The notes under the pieces were generated by a model. The model ran no database searches. It worked only from the letters and a program-made list of their open reading frames with translations, and had not been told where the DNA came from. The translations under genes were made by a program, and so were the position numbers. This document shows positions 1 to 12,790 of a stretch of 64,000 nt of DNA, in pieces. The DNA comes from Octopus sinensis (taxonomy: Eukaryota), in NCBI RefSeq assembly GCF_006345805.1, contig NW_021832593.1:45590-109589 (forward strand), in the 5' to 3' direction. Each line of letters begins with the position of its first letter. Position 1 is the first letter of the stretch.

Positions 1-818
1 CATCTCTAAATACAACAATATTTGTTTCAACACACGATTTCACATCAAGAATCTTGCAAAACGAATATATAAACGTATATATATATCGATTTCCACAAGG
101 AAACATTTTTCTACTACACATATATATAAGCTCTTCGGTATCAATAATGTTAAAGTTAGCTACACTTGCATTGAAGAGAACGCCTTCCAGGTAGGCGCTT
201 CTAATCAAAAATATTATAGATCGAATCCTAATCTGAACCAGTCTGCAGTGGCAGCAATAAGATGTCTATTTACAGAAAATGTAATTTCCTTAGATTGTAA
301 CCAGGAAAACTAGAGGGGGAACCATACAAGAAAACTATAAAGTATATTCCAAAGAGATATACACAGAAGTCAAAGAAGTGGGATAAACGCTACTTCTCTA
401 TATGTGTATGCTTGGTAACTGAAGAAGAGTAGATTTGATGACATTCTTCTAAGCTTCTGTAGTTTTGAAGCTGCGAAACCATATTTCAGCTGATCAAACA
501 TTCCAATTAAAACGTAGCCAATTATCCACGAAGGAATTTCCAATAAAAACAATTCCATAATCCAACTGCCAAATGCATTGACCATTGGTCTCAGGTGCTT
601 GTAGCACCAGCACAGCAGGAATTGTTCTGTCTATATCACTACTGTGTTTACTTAATGACCAGTACCACCACCCGTAACCAAATTGACTAACATTAGCATG
701 TTCAGTCTACAGAGGTACACACCTGGTCATCAAGAGGCTACCAGACCTTCATTGCCGAGTAATCTGACCGTTACACTTCACCACAAACATTTCCAACCTT
801 CTTTTCTTCACTATTTTT

Positions 819-819
<1 letters not shown>

Positions 820-879
<60 letters not shown>

Positions 880-937
880 ACTACTACTACTACTACTACT
901 GCTACTGCCACTACTACTACTACTACTACTGCTACTG

Positions 938-993
<56 letters not shown>

Positions 994-1181
994 GCTACTG
1001 CCACTACTACTACTACCACTACTACCACTACTACCACTACTACTACTACTACTACTACTAGAACTGCTGCTGCTACTACTACTACTACTAATGCTGCTGC
1101 TGCTGCTACTACTACTACTACTACTGCTGCTGCTACTACTACTACTACTACTTCTACTGCCACTACTACTACTACTACTAT

Positions 1182-1229
<48 letters not shown>

Positions 1230-1237
1230 AGCTGCTG

Positions 1238-1270
<33 letters not shown>

Positions 1271-1280
1271 ATACTACTAC
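820..1280. repeat. (CTA)n/(TAG)n microsatellite with CTG/CCA interruptions
   Basis: Direct reading; it generates the poly-L, poly-V and poly-S ORFs at 683-1337. Confidence 0.97.
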
Positions 1281-1399
1281 AAGTACGCGTGTACACTGAA
1301 TACACTTTCTTTCATTTGTATGCACACACATAAGCATATGTATGTGCCTATAGGGTACAACTATAAGTGCGTCCGCTCCAGGAAATAATTCAGTATATG

Positions 1400-1445
1400 A
1401 ATCTATCTATCTATCTATCTATCCTTCTCTCTCTTTCTCTCTGCC

Positions 1446-1495
<50 letters not shown>

Positions 1496-1528
1496 TCTCT
1501 CTCTCTCTATATATATATAGATAGATAA

Positions 1529-1596
<68 letters not shown>

Positions 1597-1598
1597 TA
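1400..1598. repeat. Compound microsatellite (CTAT)n-(CT)n-(TA)n-(GATA)n
   Basis: Direct reading. Confidence 0.95.
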
Positions 1599-1927
1599 CG
1601 CCAACGGTTTCCTTCATGGCACATCCTAATTGTATGTTTCTGTAAGAATGTTTAAACTTATAAATAAATAAATGTTGATATTTTTGTTATCTATGATCCA
1701 CCTCGTTTATGAATATATAGTACATGCTCTTACGTGTTGTTAACAGGATTGATATGCGCATACCAAAGAAATGCCCTTTCTAAATGTAACACAGAATTGA
1801 AAATGTAAAGCAAAATTCAGTTGAAATTATTTATATGGAGAAACGAAATCCATGCGGTATTTTCTTTTCATTTTTACGTGTGTGAGAAGAAAGTCATTTC
1901 CAATGATGGTAGCGGCGATTGTAACTG

Positions 1928-2377
1928 CTACACCAAGTAGGAGTAATAGTAGGAACTGTCGTATAATGAATACACTAAAATAAAGGCACAAGTTACGCAG
2001 AAGAGAAACAAAAATAGCAAAATATGACTTCGTCTATTGCTGTTAGCGAAATATGAACTGAGAGGAAAATGTGACATGTTTCCATTGAATAGCTGATGGC
2101 CATATGTATCTGGTGCTACTTGGGACCATCCTAAAGGGTTACTGACATTGATGAATAGATAGTTGTTACCACCTCCTTTCACAGACTTCCGTGAAAACTT
2201 ATGTTCATGAGTTTCAAAATCCAACGGCGTCAGTTCATCTTTTTCAACAACTACAGCGGGTGAAAACTGTCTGCGGGTGACATTGTCGTCTAACTGTTTG
2301 AAAGGTCTAATTTTTCGGGTAAATTCAAAATTTTCAAAGCTAACTGGATCCATGTTGCCAAAAATTTTTTTCTCCAT
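1928..2377 (-). CDS. Candidate 149-aa ORF of unknown function with a hydrophobic C-terminal segment
   Basis: Stop-free, non-repetitive 450 nt in AT-rich DNA (MEKKIFGNMDP...HILLFLFLFCVTCAFILVYSLY...). In-frame TGA 7 codons upstream of the ATG. No recognisable domain. Confidence 0.3.
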   Translation of the reverse strand: MEKKIFGNMDPVSFENFEFTRKIRPFKQLDDNVTRRQFSPAVVVEKDELTPLDFETHEHKFSRKSVKGGGNNYLFINVSNPLGWSQVAPDTYGHQLFNGNMSHFPLSSYFANSNRRSHILLFLFLFCVTCAFILVYSLYDSSYYYSYLV

Positions 2378-2765
2378 TCCGATGAGGAGGCAGTCTCAGA
2401 CTCTCAGCTATAGTTTATATCTTGATATCTCGATGTCTCTAAATGTCGATATTCATATAACAGCAGAACCGTGTGGTAACTTTGATATTTTCTTCTTAAA
2501 TATAATTCCTCTTCTTTCTCCCTTTTGTGACTCTAGCTCTCCCGCTCTCTCTTCTCAAACATTTGTTTTAATAGTATTTGATCTTTGTCTTTGGAGTAAC
2601 TTGTGTCCCTTTTTATTCTCCACAGTATTTCCTTCGTTGAGTCAAAGTATTTGTGTTATGAAATTTTGCGCTCTTTTATGTGTGTGTGTGTGTGTATATA
2701 TATATATTCGTGTGCGAATGTTTGTGCATATATGCTTGTGTGTGTATGTATGTGTGCGTGTGCGT

Positions 2766-2889
2766 GTGTGTATGTGTGTGCTTGTGTGTGCCGATATGTT
2801 GTATCGGTGTGTGTATAAGTAAGTGTAGTTACTGTGTACGTTTGTATCGCACAACGCTACTAATATTCTGCAATCATTTGCTGCTTTAG
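2766..2889 (+). repeat. 124-bp segment, copy 1 (identical to 5171-5294)
   Basis: Base-by-base comparison shows identity; ends ...ctactaatattctgcaatcatttgctgctttag. Confidence 0.93.
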
Positions 2890-3548
2890 TCAGTTTGACG
2901 TCATACAGTCTCTGAGCTAATAATCAGGCAAAGAGACGTAAATGAGAACGTCTCTACTAATATATAGAACAGTTGAACGATTATCGTTCAGAAAATACCG
3001 ACAATCTTTCATACATGTATGTATACATTTATAAGCGCAGACATAGATACTCCGAGGTCATTGTACTCATACATCAAACAAGACCTTCCTTCTCCAGCGC
3101 ATAGATCTGAACGTAGTTGATTACAGTCCCATGTACACTTATACATGCAGACCTAGTGGTACATTTGTGCAGACCATGGTAGAAGTAGAAACTGTAAAGA
3201 ATCGTTTCCGAGGTGCCATCGCCCGATTTAACCACAACTCAACTCTTGGTTTCCTTCAGGAGAGCTTAAACGATTGAGCGACCTTCCTCCGATTTAACAC
3301 CCTTATTCGGCTCTTGTAAGCACGCGTTCTAGCAATGTCTGCGGCCTTAAGAGGGGTTCACTTTTCCAGCTGATGTGTTTTGGGAGCTCTGAAAGATGTG
3401 GTAAGAGCTGTCCCCTCTCTTGTGATTACATCAGGGAAAATGGAAATCTTTATACAAATTATCGAGCAGACACTTTGATGCAAATATGTTGACGTATTCT
3501 CATAATTACACATATACATACATATACACACAAATGTACGTAATATTG

Positions 3549-4130
3549 GTTTAAAATTCTGGCACAAAGCCAGTAAGTTCGGGAAGGAAAGTAAATTGAT
3601 TACATCAACCCCAGTCCATAACTGGTACTTATTTTATCGAACTGGGCGGAATTTGAATTCAGAATGGCAAGTCGGAAAAAATGCTGCTAAGCAATTTGTT
3701 CATGGTTCTGCAGCTCGCCGCTATACACAAAACAGATAACATTGGTTTCAAATTCGGTTACAGGGCCAGCAAGTTCAGAAGAGGGAGTAAGTCGATCACA
3801 TCGACCCCAGTGCATAACAGGTACTTATTTCGTTGACCTCTAAAGGAAGAAAGGCAAAGACGACCTCGGCAAAAGGAATTTGAACTCAGAACGTAAAGAC
3901 TGAAGAAATACCGCTAAATATCTTGCCCGGCGTGCTAACGATTATGCCAGCTTGCTGCCTCACACACACACACACACACATACACAGTATTAGTTTCAAA
4001 TTTTGGCACAAGGCCAGCAAATTCAGGAGAAGGGGTAAGTCAAATACATCGAACCCAGTGTTCAACGGGTACTTTATTTTATCGACCTTGAAAGGATGAA
4101 AGGCAAAGTCTACCTCAGCGGAATTTGAAC
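3549..4130 (-). mobile_element. Three head-to-tail tRNA-derived SINEs, family A (A2 tail): 3549-3722, 3742-3960, 3989-4130
   Basis: Each shares the gaatttgaactcagaac (B-box), aaaggatgaaaggcaaag and ggcacaaggccagcaa motifs with other copies in the window. Confidence 0.85.
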
Positions 4131-4216
4131 ACACATATGGTATTACAAGTATTGATTCACTACAAGATGGAAACGGTGTTAAAGAAGAGAACATATATTT
4201 CTGTGTTTATCTGTAG

Positions 4217-4365
4217 ACTCGCTTTTCTGGAGTAGCTTAGCGAACCGAGTATCGATTCTTTGTATTTACAAATCCATTGATGACTACATTCCAACACCTT
4301 GAACGAAGAATTTTAGTCGCAAAAAAGGACTTGTAGATGCTCTGTTGGAGACAGCAAAATATGAG
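4217..4365 (+). other. Candidate exon with good splice signals and a single in-frame TGA
   Basis: Acceptor tttctgtgtttatctgtag|4217 and donor GAG|gtaggt at 4365/4366. One frame reads SLFWSSLANRVSILCIYKSIDDYIPTP*TKNFSRKKGLVDALLETAKYE. Confidence 0.3.
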
Positions 4366-4427
4366 GTAGGTACGTTACTTGAATCTACGAACGAACATAA
4401 AAATCGCAGACCCGCCCGAACACAGTA

Positions 4428-4503
4428 CAGTCATCCCTCGACTATCGTGGCTGTTACGTTCCAACCCCCCTTACCCCGCGATAAGTAAAAATCCACGAAG
4501 AAG
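4428..4503 (+). mobile_element. pogo/Tigger (MER2-like) terminal fragment
   Basis: TA followed by cagtcatccctcgactatcgtgg...gttcca.ccccc...cgcgataagtaaaaatccacg, resembling Tigger/MER2-type termini from recall. Confidence 0.55.
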
Positions 4504-4550
4504 AAACAGTACTGTACAGATATTAATTATTTTATAATTTGTCTATATTC

Positions 4551-4930
4551 AGGCGCACGAGTGGCTGTGTGGTAAGTAGCTTGCCTACCAACCACATGGT
4601 TCTGGGTTCAGTCCCACTGCGTGGCATCTTGGGCAAGTGTCTTCTGCTATAGCCTCGGGCCGACCATGCCTTGTGAGTAGATTTGGTAGACGGAAACTGA
4701 AAGAAGCCTGTCGTATATATGTATGTATGTGTATGTATATGTTTGTCCCTCTAGCATTGCTTGATAACCTATGCTGGTGTGTTTACGTCCCCGTAAAAAA
4801 AAAGACCGATAGAATAAGTACTGGGCTTACAAAGAATAAGTCCCGGGGGCGATTTGCCCGACTAAAGGCGGTGCTCCAGCATGGCCGCAGTCAAATGACT
4901 GAAACAAGTAAAAGAGTATAAGAGTAAAAT
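4551..4930 (+). mobile_element. tRNA-derived SINE, family B, full length
   Basis: A-box-like tggctgtgtgg, B-box ggttcagtccc, CORE-like cttgggcaagtg, tail gcatggccgcagtcaaatgactgaaacaagtaaaagag. Confidence 0.9.
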
Positions 4931-5170
4931 AGTATTTAATTTATTATAAATGCAAAACAACTTCACAGAGGAATCGACGTAAGCTTAAATGATAAACCGC
5001 GATATGTCGAGGGATTACTGTTTTAGAACACGTCGAGTATTAAATAAACAAGAGGCGAGTAACATGACATTTATTTGTAGGTTGTAAAACAATGTTAGGC
5101 TTTAACTGAGAAGGGATTTCCGTTGAACATCAAGTGGAGATCGAAGTCTTTCTGATAAAATTTTGAATGA

Positions 5171-5294
5171 GTGTGTATGTGTGTGCTTGTGTGTGCCGAT
5201 ATGTTGTATCGGTGTGTGTATAAGTAAGTGTAGTTACTGTGTACGTTTGTATCGCACAACGCTACTAATATTCTGCAATCATTTGCTGCTTTAG
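5171..5294 (+). repeat. 124-bp segment, copy 2 (identical to 2766-2889)
   Basis: Direct sequence identity. Confidence 0.93.
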
Positions 5295-5680
5295 AATTCT
5301 CCACCCCCAACACCACCCCACCTCTGCCGCTCATTCACGGTGTGACGAGATTTTCATCGATTTTATATGTGAGTTGATGAATGCATAGATACATGTAGAT
5401 GTAGGTGTAGATATTTAGACTTTTATGTGGGTATATAATCTCTAGATGTGTGTGTGCGTGCGTGCGTGGGTGTAGATATGTAATATCTACGGGAACTACC
5501 CCACCAGCCATGATCTTTCTTTCTTACCTGCCGTCCGTCAACACCTCTGGTGTCCATCTCCCATGTCCCTGCCTTTTTAGCCTTTCATCTCATACAAGCC
5601 AGCTCAATTTGAATCGTTCTCTTGTTATTTCTTGTTGTTTGTATTCGTAATTGTGTACCATATTCTCAGGATTTTTTGTT

Positions 5681-6084
5681 TCTCTCTTTCTCTCTTTTAC
5701 TTGTTTCAGTCATTTGACTGTGGCCATGCTGGAGCACCGCCTTTAGTCGAGCAAATCGACCCCGGGACTTATTCTTTGTAAGCCCAGTACTTATTCTATC
5801 AGTCTCTTTTGCCGAACCGCTAAGTAACAGGGACGTAAATACACCAGCATCGGTTGTCAAGCAATGCTAGGGGGACAAACACAGGCACACAAACACACAC
5901 ATATACATATATATATACATATATACGACAGGCTTCTTTCAGTTTCCGTCTACCAAATCCACTCACAAGGCATTGGTCGACCCGGGGCTATAGCAGAAGA
6001 CACTTGCCCAAGATGCCACGCAGTGGGACTGAACCCGGAACCATGTGGTTGGTTAGCAAGCTACTTACCACACAGCCACTCCTG
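5681..6084 (-). mobile_element. SINE family B, full length
   Basis: Reverse complement of the 4551-4930 family along its length. Confidence 0.9.
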
Positions 6085-6384
6085 TTTGTTTGTTTGTTTT
6101 TTTTGTCTTTGTTGCTGTGCACATTCGCTAGCTTTCTTACAAAGGGGTCTAATGCTCTTAGCTTAGACATTTGTGGGGGCAACCAGATCGAACCATCTCG
6201 AGTGTAACTGCCCGAAATTGTTGTGACTTCTGGGACTTGACTGATGAAAGAAAGTCAAGAATGACCCGTCTTTTTTTACCTGTTCTTCTTATTGTTGTTT
6301 CTCTTGTCTGCCTATCTGTCCGAACGTTTTAATGCCCTCTATTGCGTTTTTGTTCCATTTGTATATATATATATATATATATAT

Positions 6385-6632
6385 ACACCGGAGTAAACAT
6401 ATAAATGTGAAACAAGGTGGAAAAAAGAGTACTCAAATACCATGGGTAGAGTAATATGCTTTATTTAAAAGCAGAAGAAATTCAACAAAACCTGTTACTC
6501 GGAGTTTCACGTTCCTGTTCGTCGGACAGTTTTCTTAAACAAAACTGTTTTTTTAACAAAACTGTCCGACGAACGGGAACGCGAAACTCCGAGTGACAGG
6601 CTTTGTTGAATTTCTGCTGCTTTTAAATAAAG
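6385..6632. mobile_element. (TA)n-flanked foldback element with ~80-bp inverted arms (6459-6538 / 6553-6632), probably Penelope-derived
   Basis: Arms are reverse complements with about 6 mismatches; each carries a hammerhead-like motif. Confidence 0.8.
6562..6599 (+). ncRNA. Minimal type-I hammerhead-like motif, variant core CCGACGA (mirror copy on - strand at 6492-6529)
   Basis: Consensus of both arms: CUGU-CCGACGA-ACG(GGAA)CGU-GAAA-CUC(C)GAG-U-A/G-ACAG; stems I, II and III all close. Confidence 0.5.
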
Positions 6633-6858
6633 TATATAATATATATATATATATAATATATATATATATATATTATATATATGTTTGTGTGTGTGTATGT
6701 GCGTGTGTGTGTGTGCGTGCCTATTTGTAGTGAATTAAAAAGTAATAATCAATTGTTGTTGATCAATATTTCTCCATTTTCTGTTTACTTTAAATTTGAT
6801 TCCTGATAAACTTATGTTTATCTTTGTCATTACCTGTAACCTATGAGCATAATATGCT

Positions 6859-6921
<63 letters not shown>

Positions 6922-7029
6922 ATATATGCCCAGGGTTAAAATAGCTAATGATACGGGTAGTATAACGGATAATTTTATTCCTCAGACGGTTATTCCAACC
7001 TCTAACTCTACTAACCTCAATATATATAG

Positions 7030-8256
<1,227 letters not shown>

Positions 8257-8409
8257 TATATATATATATGTGTGTGTGTGTACAGAGAGAGAGAGAGAGA
8301 GAGAGCTAAGGAAAAGGAGGGTGAGAGATGGGTGAGAGAGGGAGGGGGAGAGAGAGGTACGCACACATGTAATAGAGGCACATCTCTTTAGTAGATGTGT
8401 GTGTGTGTG

Positions 8410-8465
<56 letters not shown>

Positions 8466-8468
<3 letters not shown>

Positions 8469-10035
8469 TATTATGTTTTATTTCAAGATTTCTTGCCAAT
8501 AGAGAAAGATCCAAATTTCCTTGATTGGAATTTCAACATCAACATCTGGGTATTTTTAAATGAATGTATGTATGACTGTATGTATGTATTATGTATGTGT
8601 GCATGTATGTAATTTATGTATCTATGTATATTTGTATGTATGTCTGTTTACGTACAGGTGTGTATATTTTGTTTATGTATGTCTTCTCATGCATATTGTT
8701 GCATATCTAGACATGCTCATATATATATTGAAATGATAAACTTCTGGAAAGTTATACAGATTTTTACACTTCCAGTGATGGCTTTGATCTGTAATCTCCT
8801 TCCTGGTTTTGAGAAGCTTAATTTCTCAAGGCTGTGTGTTACATATCCCAGGGCTCCAATAATTACATGTATAAACCTGAACCTGGAAACTAGATAGAGT
8901 AACTGCAGATTTTTCAATAATTCAGCACAGGTGTTATCTTTTTCACTGATCTTCAGCATTATCTTAACATCCGCTGGGCAGCTAATTTCTACAATTGTGC
9001 ACAGTCTCTCTTCTCTTTCTCAAATCATTCTATCAGGTCTATTATTTTTACATTCTATTGAGGTTTTCATTCCACCAGTACCCCTTTTTTTATGAATGAC
9101 TATGGCCTCTACCAAATTGTAGGTTCTTATTTCTTTGTCCTCGGGATTATCCTTCCGACGGATTTCATTATAGAGCGTCATAGCTACAACATCCTGTCTC
9201 ATATCTTTGCTGTTAACTCCACAAAATCTCCATTAGTTGTAAAATTTTACTGCTTTGCCTCCATATTTGTCCCTTTTGTGCAAGAGGTGTTTGGTTGATA
9301 ATTCCTGTTCCTGGACTGTAAACGCATGTCCTTTAAAATGGGAGGTCTTAATCCAGTTGTTGGTCCATGATAGACTGCTTTGATGATCAATGTTACTATC
9401 ATCACGGAGCTTTCTAATAACATATCCATGCATCGTCTTCTGCTCATATACACTCATCCTTTCATCTGATGATATGTTGCGGTTGTGTCGTGCAACTTCT
9501 TTAGGCTTATATATTTAAAGTTATCAGACAAGGAACTCTGCTCAAGGGGCTGCCCTCCAAGTCTTATAATGTTATCAGTCTCATCTATGAAAAGTTGGTC
9601 AAGGGATGTACTTCGACATTTGGTGGTAAAAATATGTTGCCGAAGGGATATGATACGACATTTAAAGGCAGTCTGGATTGATGATAAGCCTCTTCTTTCG
9701 TTTTAGGAAGAGGCGGTTTATATTAGTGTTGATGTGGAAATTGTGTGTACTTGTTAGTATCTTCCGGGTTTTCACATCAAAGGCTCAGGTCTCATCAAGC
9801 GTCCAATCAATTAACCCAAATGTTGGTATGAGTACTGGCACTGTAAACATGTAGTGGGCCACTGTTTTATTGAATGCAGAGAGTTCTTTATTCTGCTGAA
9901 ATATTTCTTAGTGACACGTATTTTTTTACAGGTGACATTGGAAGATATGTTTTCAACTACCCCTAGATACCTGTAACATTCCCCGTCATATATAGAGGAA
10001 GTAGCTAAGTCATTGGTGGAGATGTTGCTAGTCTA
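8466..10035 (-). mobile_element. R4/Dong-like REL-endonuclease non-LTR retrotransposon, 5'-truncated (copy A)
   Basis: Degenerate YRYLG, ELSAFNKT, TFGLIDWT, MHGYVIRKL, RQDVVA, NRPDRMI, VIIGALGYV, QAITGSVKICITFQKF*. 3' UTR ends cttgaaataaaac followed by (CA)n; 5' flank is (TACA)n. Confidence 0.9.
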
Positions 10036-10127
10036 TAAATGTATGTACGTATATACGTATGTATGCATGTATATATGCATGTACGTATGTATGTGTGTAT
10101 GTATGTATGTAAGTATGTATGTACGTA

Positions 10128-10792
10128 AGTCTCTTCTATTTTCTAATTCTTATAAATCTTCCACTGAGGAGAATGCCGGTTTCCGACAAAGAAAAAAGGC
10201 GCCATCTTTGGGATGTAGTTAACACAAACAAATTCATATTTGGAACTTAGAAAAGTCTTGCATATTTTTACTGTTCCACTCACAGATTGCACTTGTAATG
10301 TATGAATTAACCGGTCGATTTCTCTTTCTGAAAATTCCAGTTTATCTAGATTCTCCTTGAAGCATTTACTAACAAAACCTAGTGCTCCAATTATTATTGG
10401 TATGAATATGAATTCATAGTCTGGATATAGAAGGTGGAAGTTTTGAAGCAGTTGTCCATGGATATCCTCTTTTTCTTTGATTTTCAAAGAGATATTTATA
10501 TCTGCAGGGTTGCTAACCACTATGATAGTACATACTTTTGTCCCAAACAACAATATCCCGACTGTTATGCTCACATTTGACAGAAATTTTTATGGGAATA
10601 TTTTACCAGTATTCCTTGAGTTGGTGTTTTTTAAATGTATTCCATAACAGAGGGATTTTACAAGATTATTTCAGGAAAGACTTTTTGCGCACGGCATTCT
10701 AAATTGTTTTAGCGACAACATCATGCCGCATAGAGAGGTAACTCCGTGACGACATTTTAGGACAGCTGCTAATCACATGCGTGATGTCTTCC
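10128..10792 (-). mobile_element. R4/Dong-like LINE 3' fragment (copy B)
   Basis: EDITHVISSCPKMSSRSYLSMRHDVVAK (CCHC region) and IIVVSNPADINISLKIKEKE...IIIGALGFV...QSVSGTVKICKTFL (REL). Both flanks are (TACA)n. Confidence 0.92.
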
Positions 10793-10959
10793 ATGTATGT
10801 ATGTATGTATGTATGTATGTATGTATGTATGTATGTATGTATGTATGTACGTATGTATGTGTATGTTAAACCATAGCCTAGAAACAATAGCTACAATTTC
10901 CACATTGGCTTAGATTTGATATTCTTACCTTTTTGGCGGAACGGGATGTATCTACCACT

Positions 10960-11830
10960 TGTCTTGGAGAAGCTGTTATGTTTGTAATATGTTTGTAATA
11001 TTCTCAAGTTCTTCGGACATGAAGTTGCATACCTTTCTACTGGTATGATGAGTGATTCTCTTTAAAGGTTTCAAGTTAATCTAGATACCTTTGTTTCACA
11101 TAAAATAGCTGTACACACGGAGAACCCATACAGTTTTTCGCTTCCTCCCAAGTAATTACAAATGTGATTAACTTGTTTCTTCTTTTATATTTCAAAAGGT
11201 GTTGTCTGAGTAAAACGATGCCGTTCTCAAGTGTCATCTTGACGGGTCTTATGACTTCAATACCCCTTTTGTTTAACATACCAGCTTTTGTCACTGTTGA
11301 TGGGAAGCTGACCGATAGTGGCTTAAATCTTTCTAGATTCGATTTTTTGCGGATTTATTAATGTCTCCAGTCTGGCAGTGGAGCTGCAAAAGTATTATAG
11401 AATATGGTTTTATTGAATGCAGACAACTCTCTTTCCAAAGTCTGCTGGAATATTCTTTTGATATTCCATTTTACTTCCAGCACCAACGTATGCAGTTCCG
11501 GAGTATTTTTAACATTCACTAGTGAATTTAGGGAAGATAGACATGCCATTCATATCCATATTTCTCGTCAGATCAACAAAATTTCCTTGGCTCACTTCTA
11601 TTAATGAACATTTAACCAAATTCCATGTTTTGGCCTATTCTGACATTTTGTGTTAGGAATATTAGCTACATACAAATGTAAGATCATCGGCAGAAACGGC
11701 GAAGGGGGCGTTTATTGTTCACTTCTCTATAATATCTAGACTATAGCCGTTGTATATCTTAAACAGAACTGATAATGAGTTCATTCTCAGGACGAACAAC
11801 ATTACAAACAAACTGTTTTATTCCTGGAAT
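10960..11830 (-). mobile_element. Older R4/Dong-like LINE fragment (copy C), RT core and thumb
   Basis: ADDL motif near 11690, ELSAFNKTIFYNTFAAP, LRQHLLKYK; colinear with copy A. Boundaries approximate. Confidence 0.65.
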
Positions 11831-12558
11831 ATTTCTGGCGTTAACTTAAATTTAATAGTATTTATAACTTCGGTGTATTTTATCAACTGTTGGCCATAGC
11901 TGTTTGTCTTTTAATGACATTACTTATAGAAAATGGATCTTTGGTAGCACCGAGTGTGAGAGAGAAAAAGAGAGAGAGTTTAATCATAATATCTGTCAAT
12001 TTCAGAAGAAGCGCTTCGTTTTCTTATGGACATATTTATTGCTGAAGAGGTGCATGGCAGAACCCCAAACTCTTCCTTTCCGCTCATCGATTATCACATT
12101 CGCATTGATCTTCAAGAAAAACATTCAAGTCTCCTGTCTACAGTTTATACATTATACTGAAGCATGCATGGCTATTGAGCCTTAAGTATGAATGTTCTAC
12201 TTCATCTGCCAATCTGTTTTCCATGCTAAAATCAATTTTTGTTATTCTCTTGGCCTGTTTGACAAAAGTTTCCCTGCAGAACCTGAGCTTCCTGCGCCAA
12301 TAACTAACTCTTATGTCTCTCTCTCACATATTTTACAGTTTGGTAGTTTTGTAACAACCATCGACAGTTTCGCTGGTGATGTCTTCCTATTTGGTAGAAC
12401 CACTTCCTGGCCCTCACTCTGAGGTTCATTTAATTACACCGTATCGTGGTTCTGTTATTTAGTCTCCCCTTTCAGATTTAGCTCGTCATGGGGAGGCACC
12501 TTAAAAATGTTAATGTAATGGCATAAAGAGTTACAGTAAGATGGTAACATGATATACC

Positions 12559-12790
12559 TATTTTTTTACTACCCGCAAGGCGCTAAACACAGAGAGGGCA
12601 AACAAGGACAGACAAAGGTATTAAGACGATTACATCGACCCCAGTGCGTAACTGGTACTTAATTTATCGACCCCGAAAGGATGAAAGGCAAAATCGACCT
12701 CGGCGGAATTTGAACTCAGAACGTAACGGCAGACGAAATACGGCTACGCATTTCGCCCGGCGTGCTAACGTTTCTGCCAGCTCGCCGCCT
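12559..12790 (-). mobile_element. SINE family A (A1 tail), full length
   Basis: Head ggcggcgagctggcagaaacgttagc, B-box gagttcaaattc, tail gtttgtcc...gtagtaaa.aaata. Confidence 0.92.

Noticed and set aside
370-585. 71-aa ORF, and a VFIGNS SGNH-like motif in another frame
   Set aside because: Stops nearby; no supporting motifs.
683-1337. Long poly-L, poly-V and poly-S ORFs
   Set aside because: Translations of the (CTA)n microsatellite.
4276-4299. IDDYIPTP, resembling EF-Tu
   Set aside because: Neighbouring residues do not match EF-Tu.
4551-4625. tRNA genes at SINE heads
   Set aside because: Only A/B boxes are retained; no full cloverleaf, and each continues into a SINE body.
6235-6262. cttgac-TGATGA-aa-GAAA-gtcaag as a hammerhead (similar case at 47355-47385, minus)
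   Set aside because: No stem II/III geometry in the first; no GAAA in the second.
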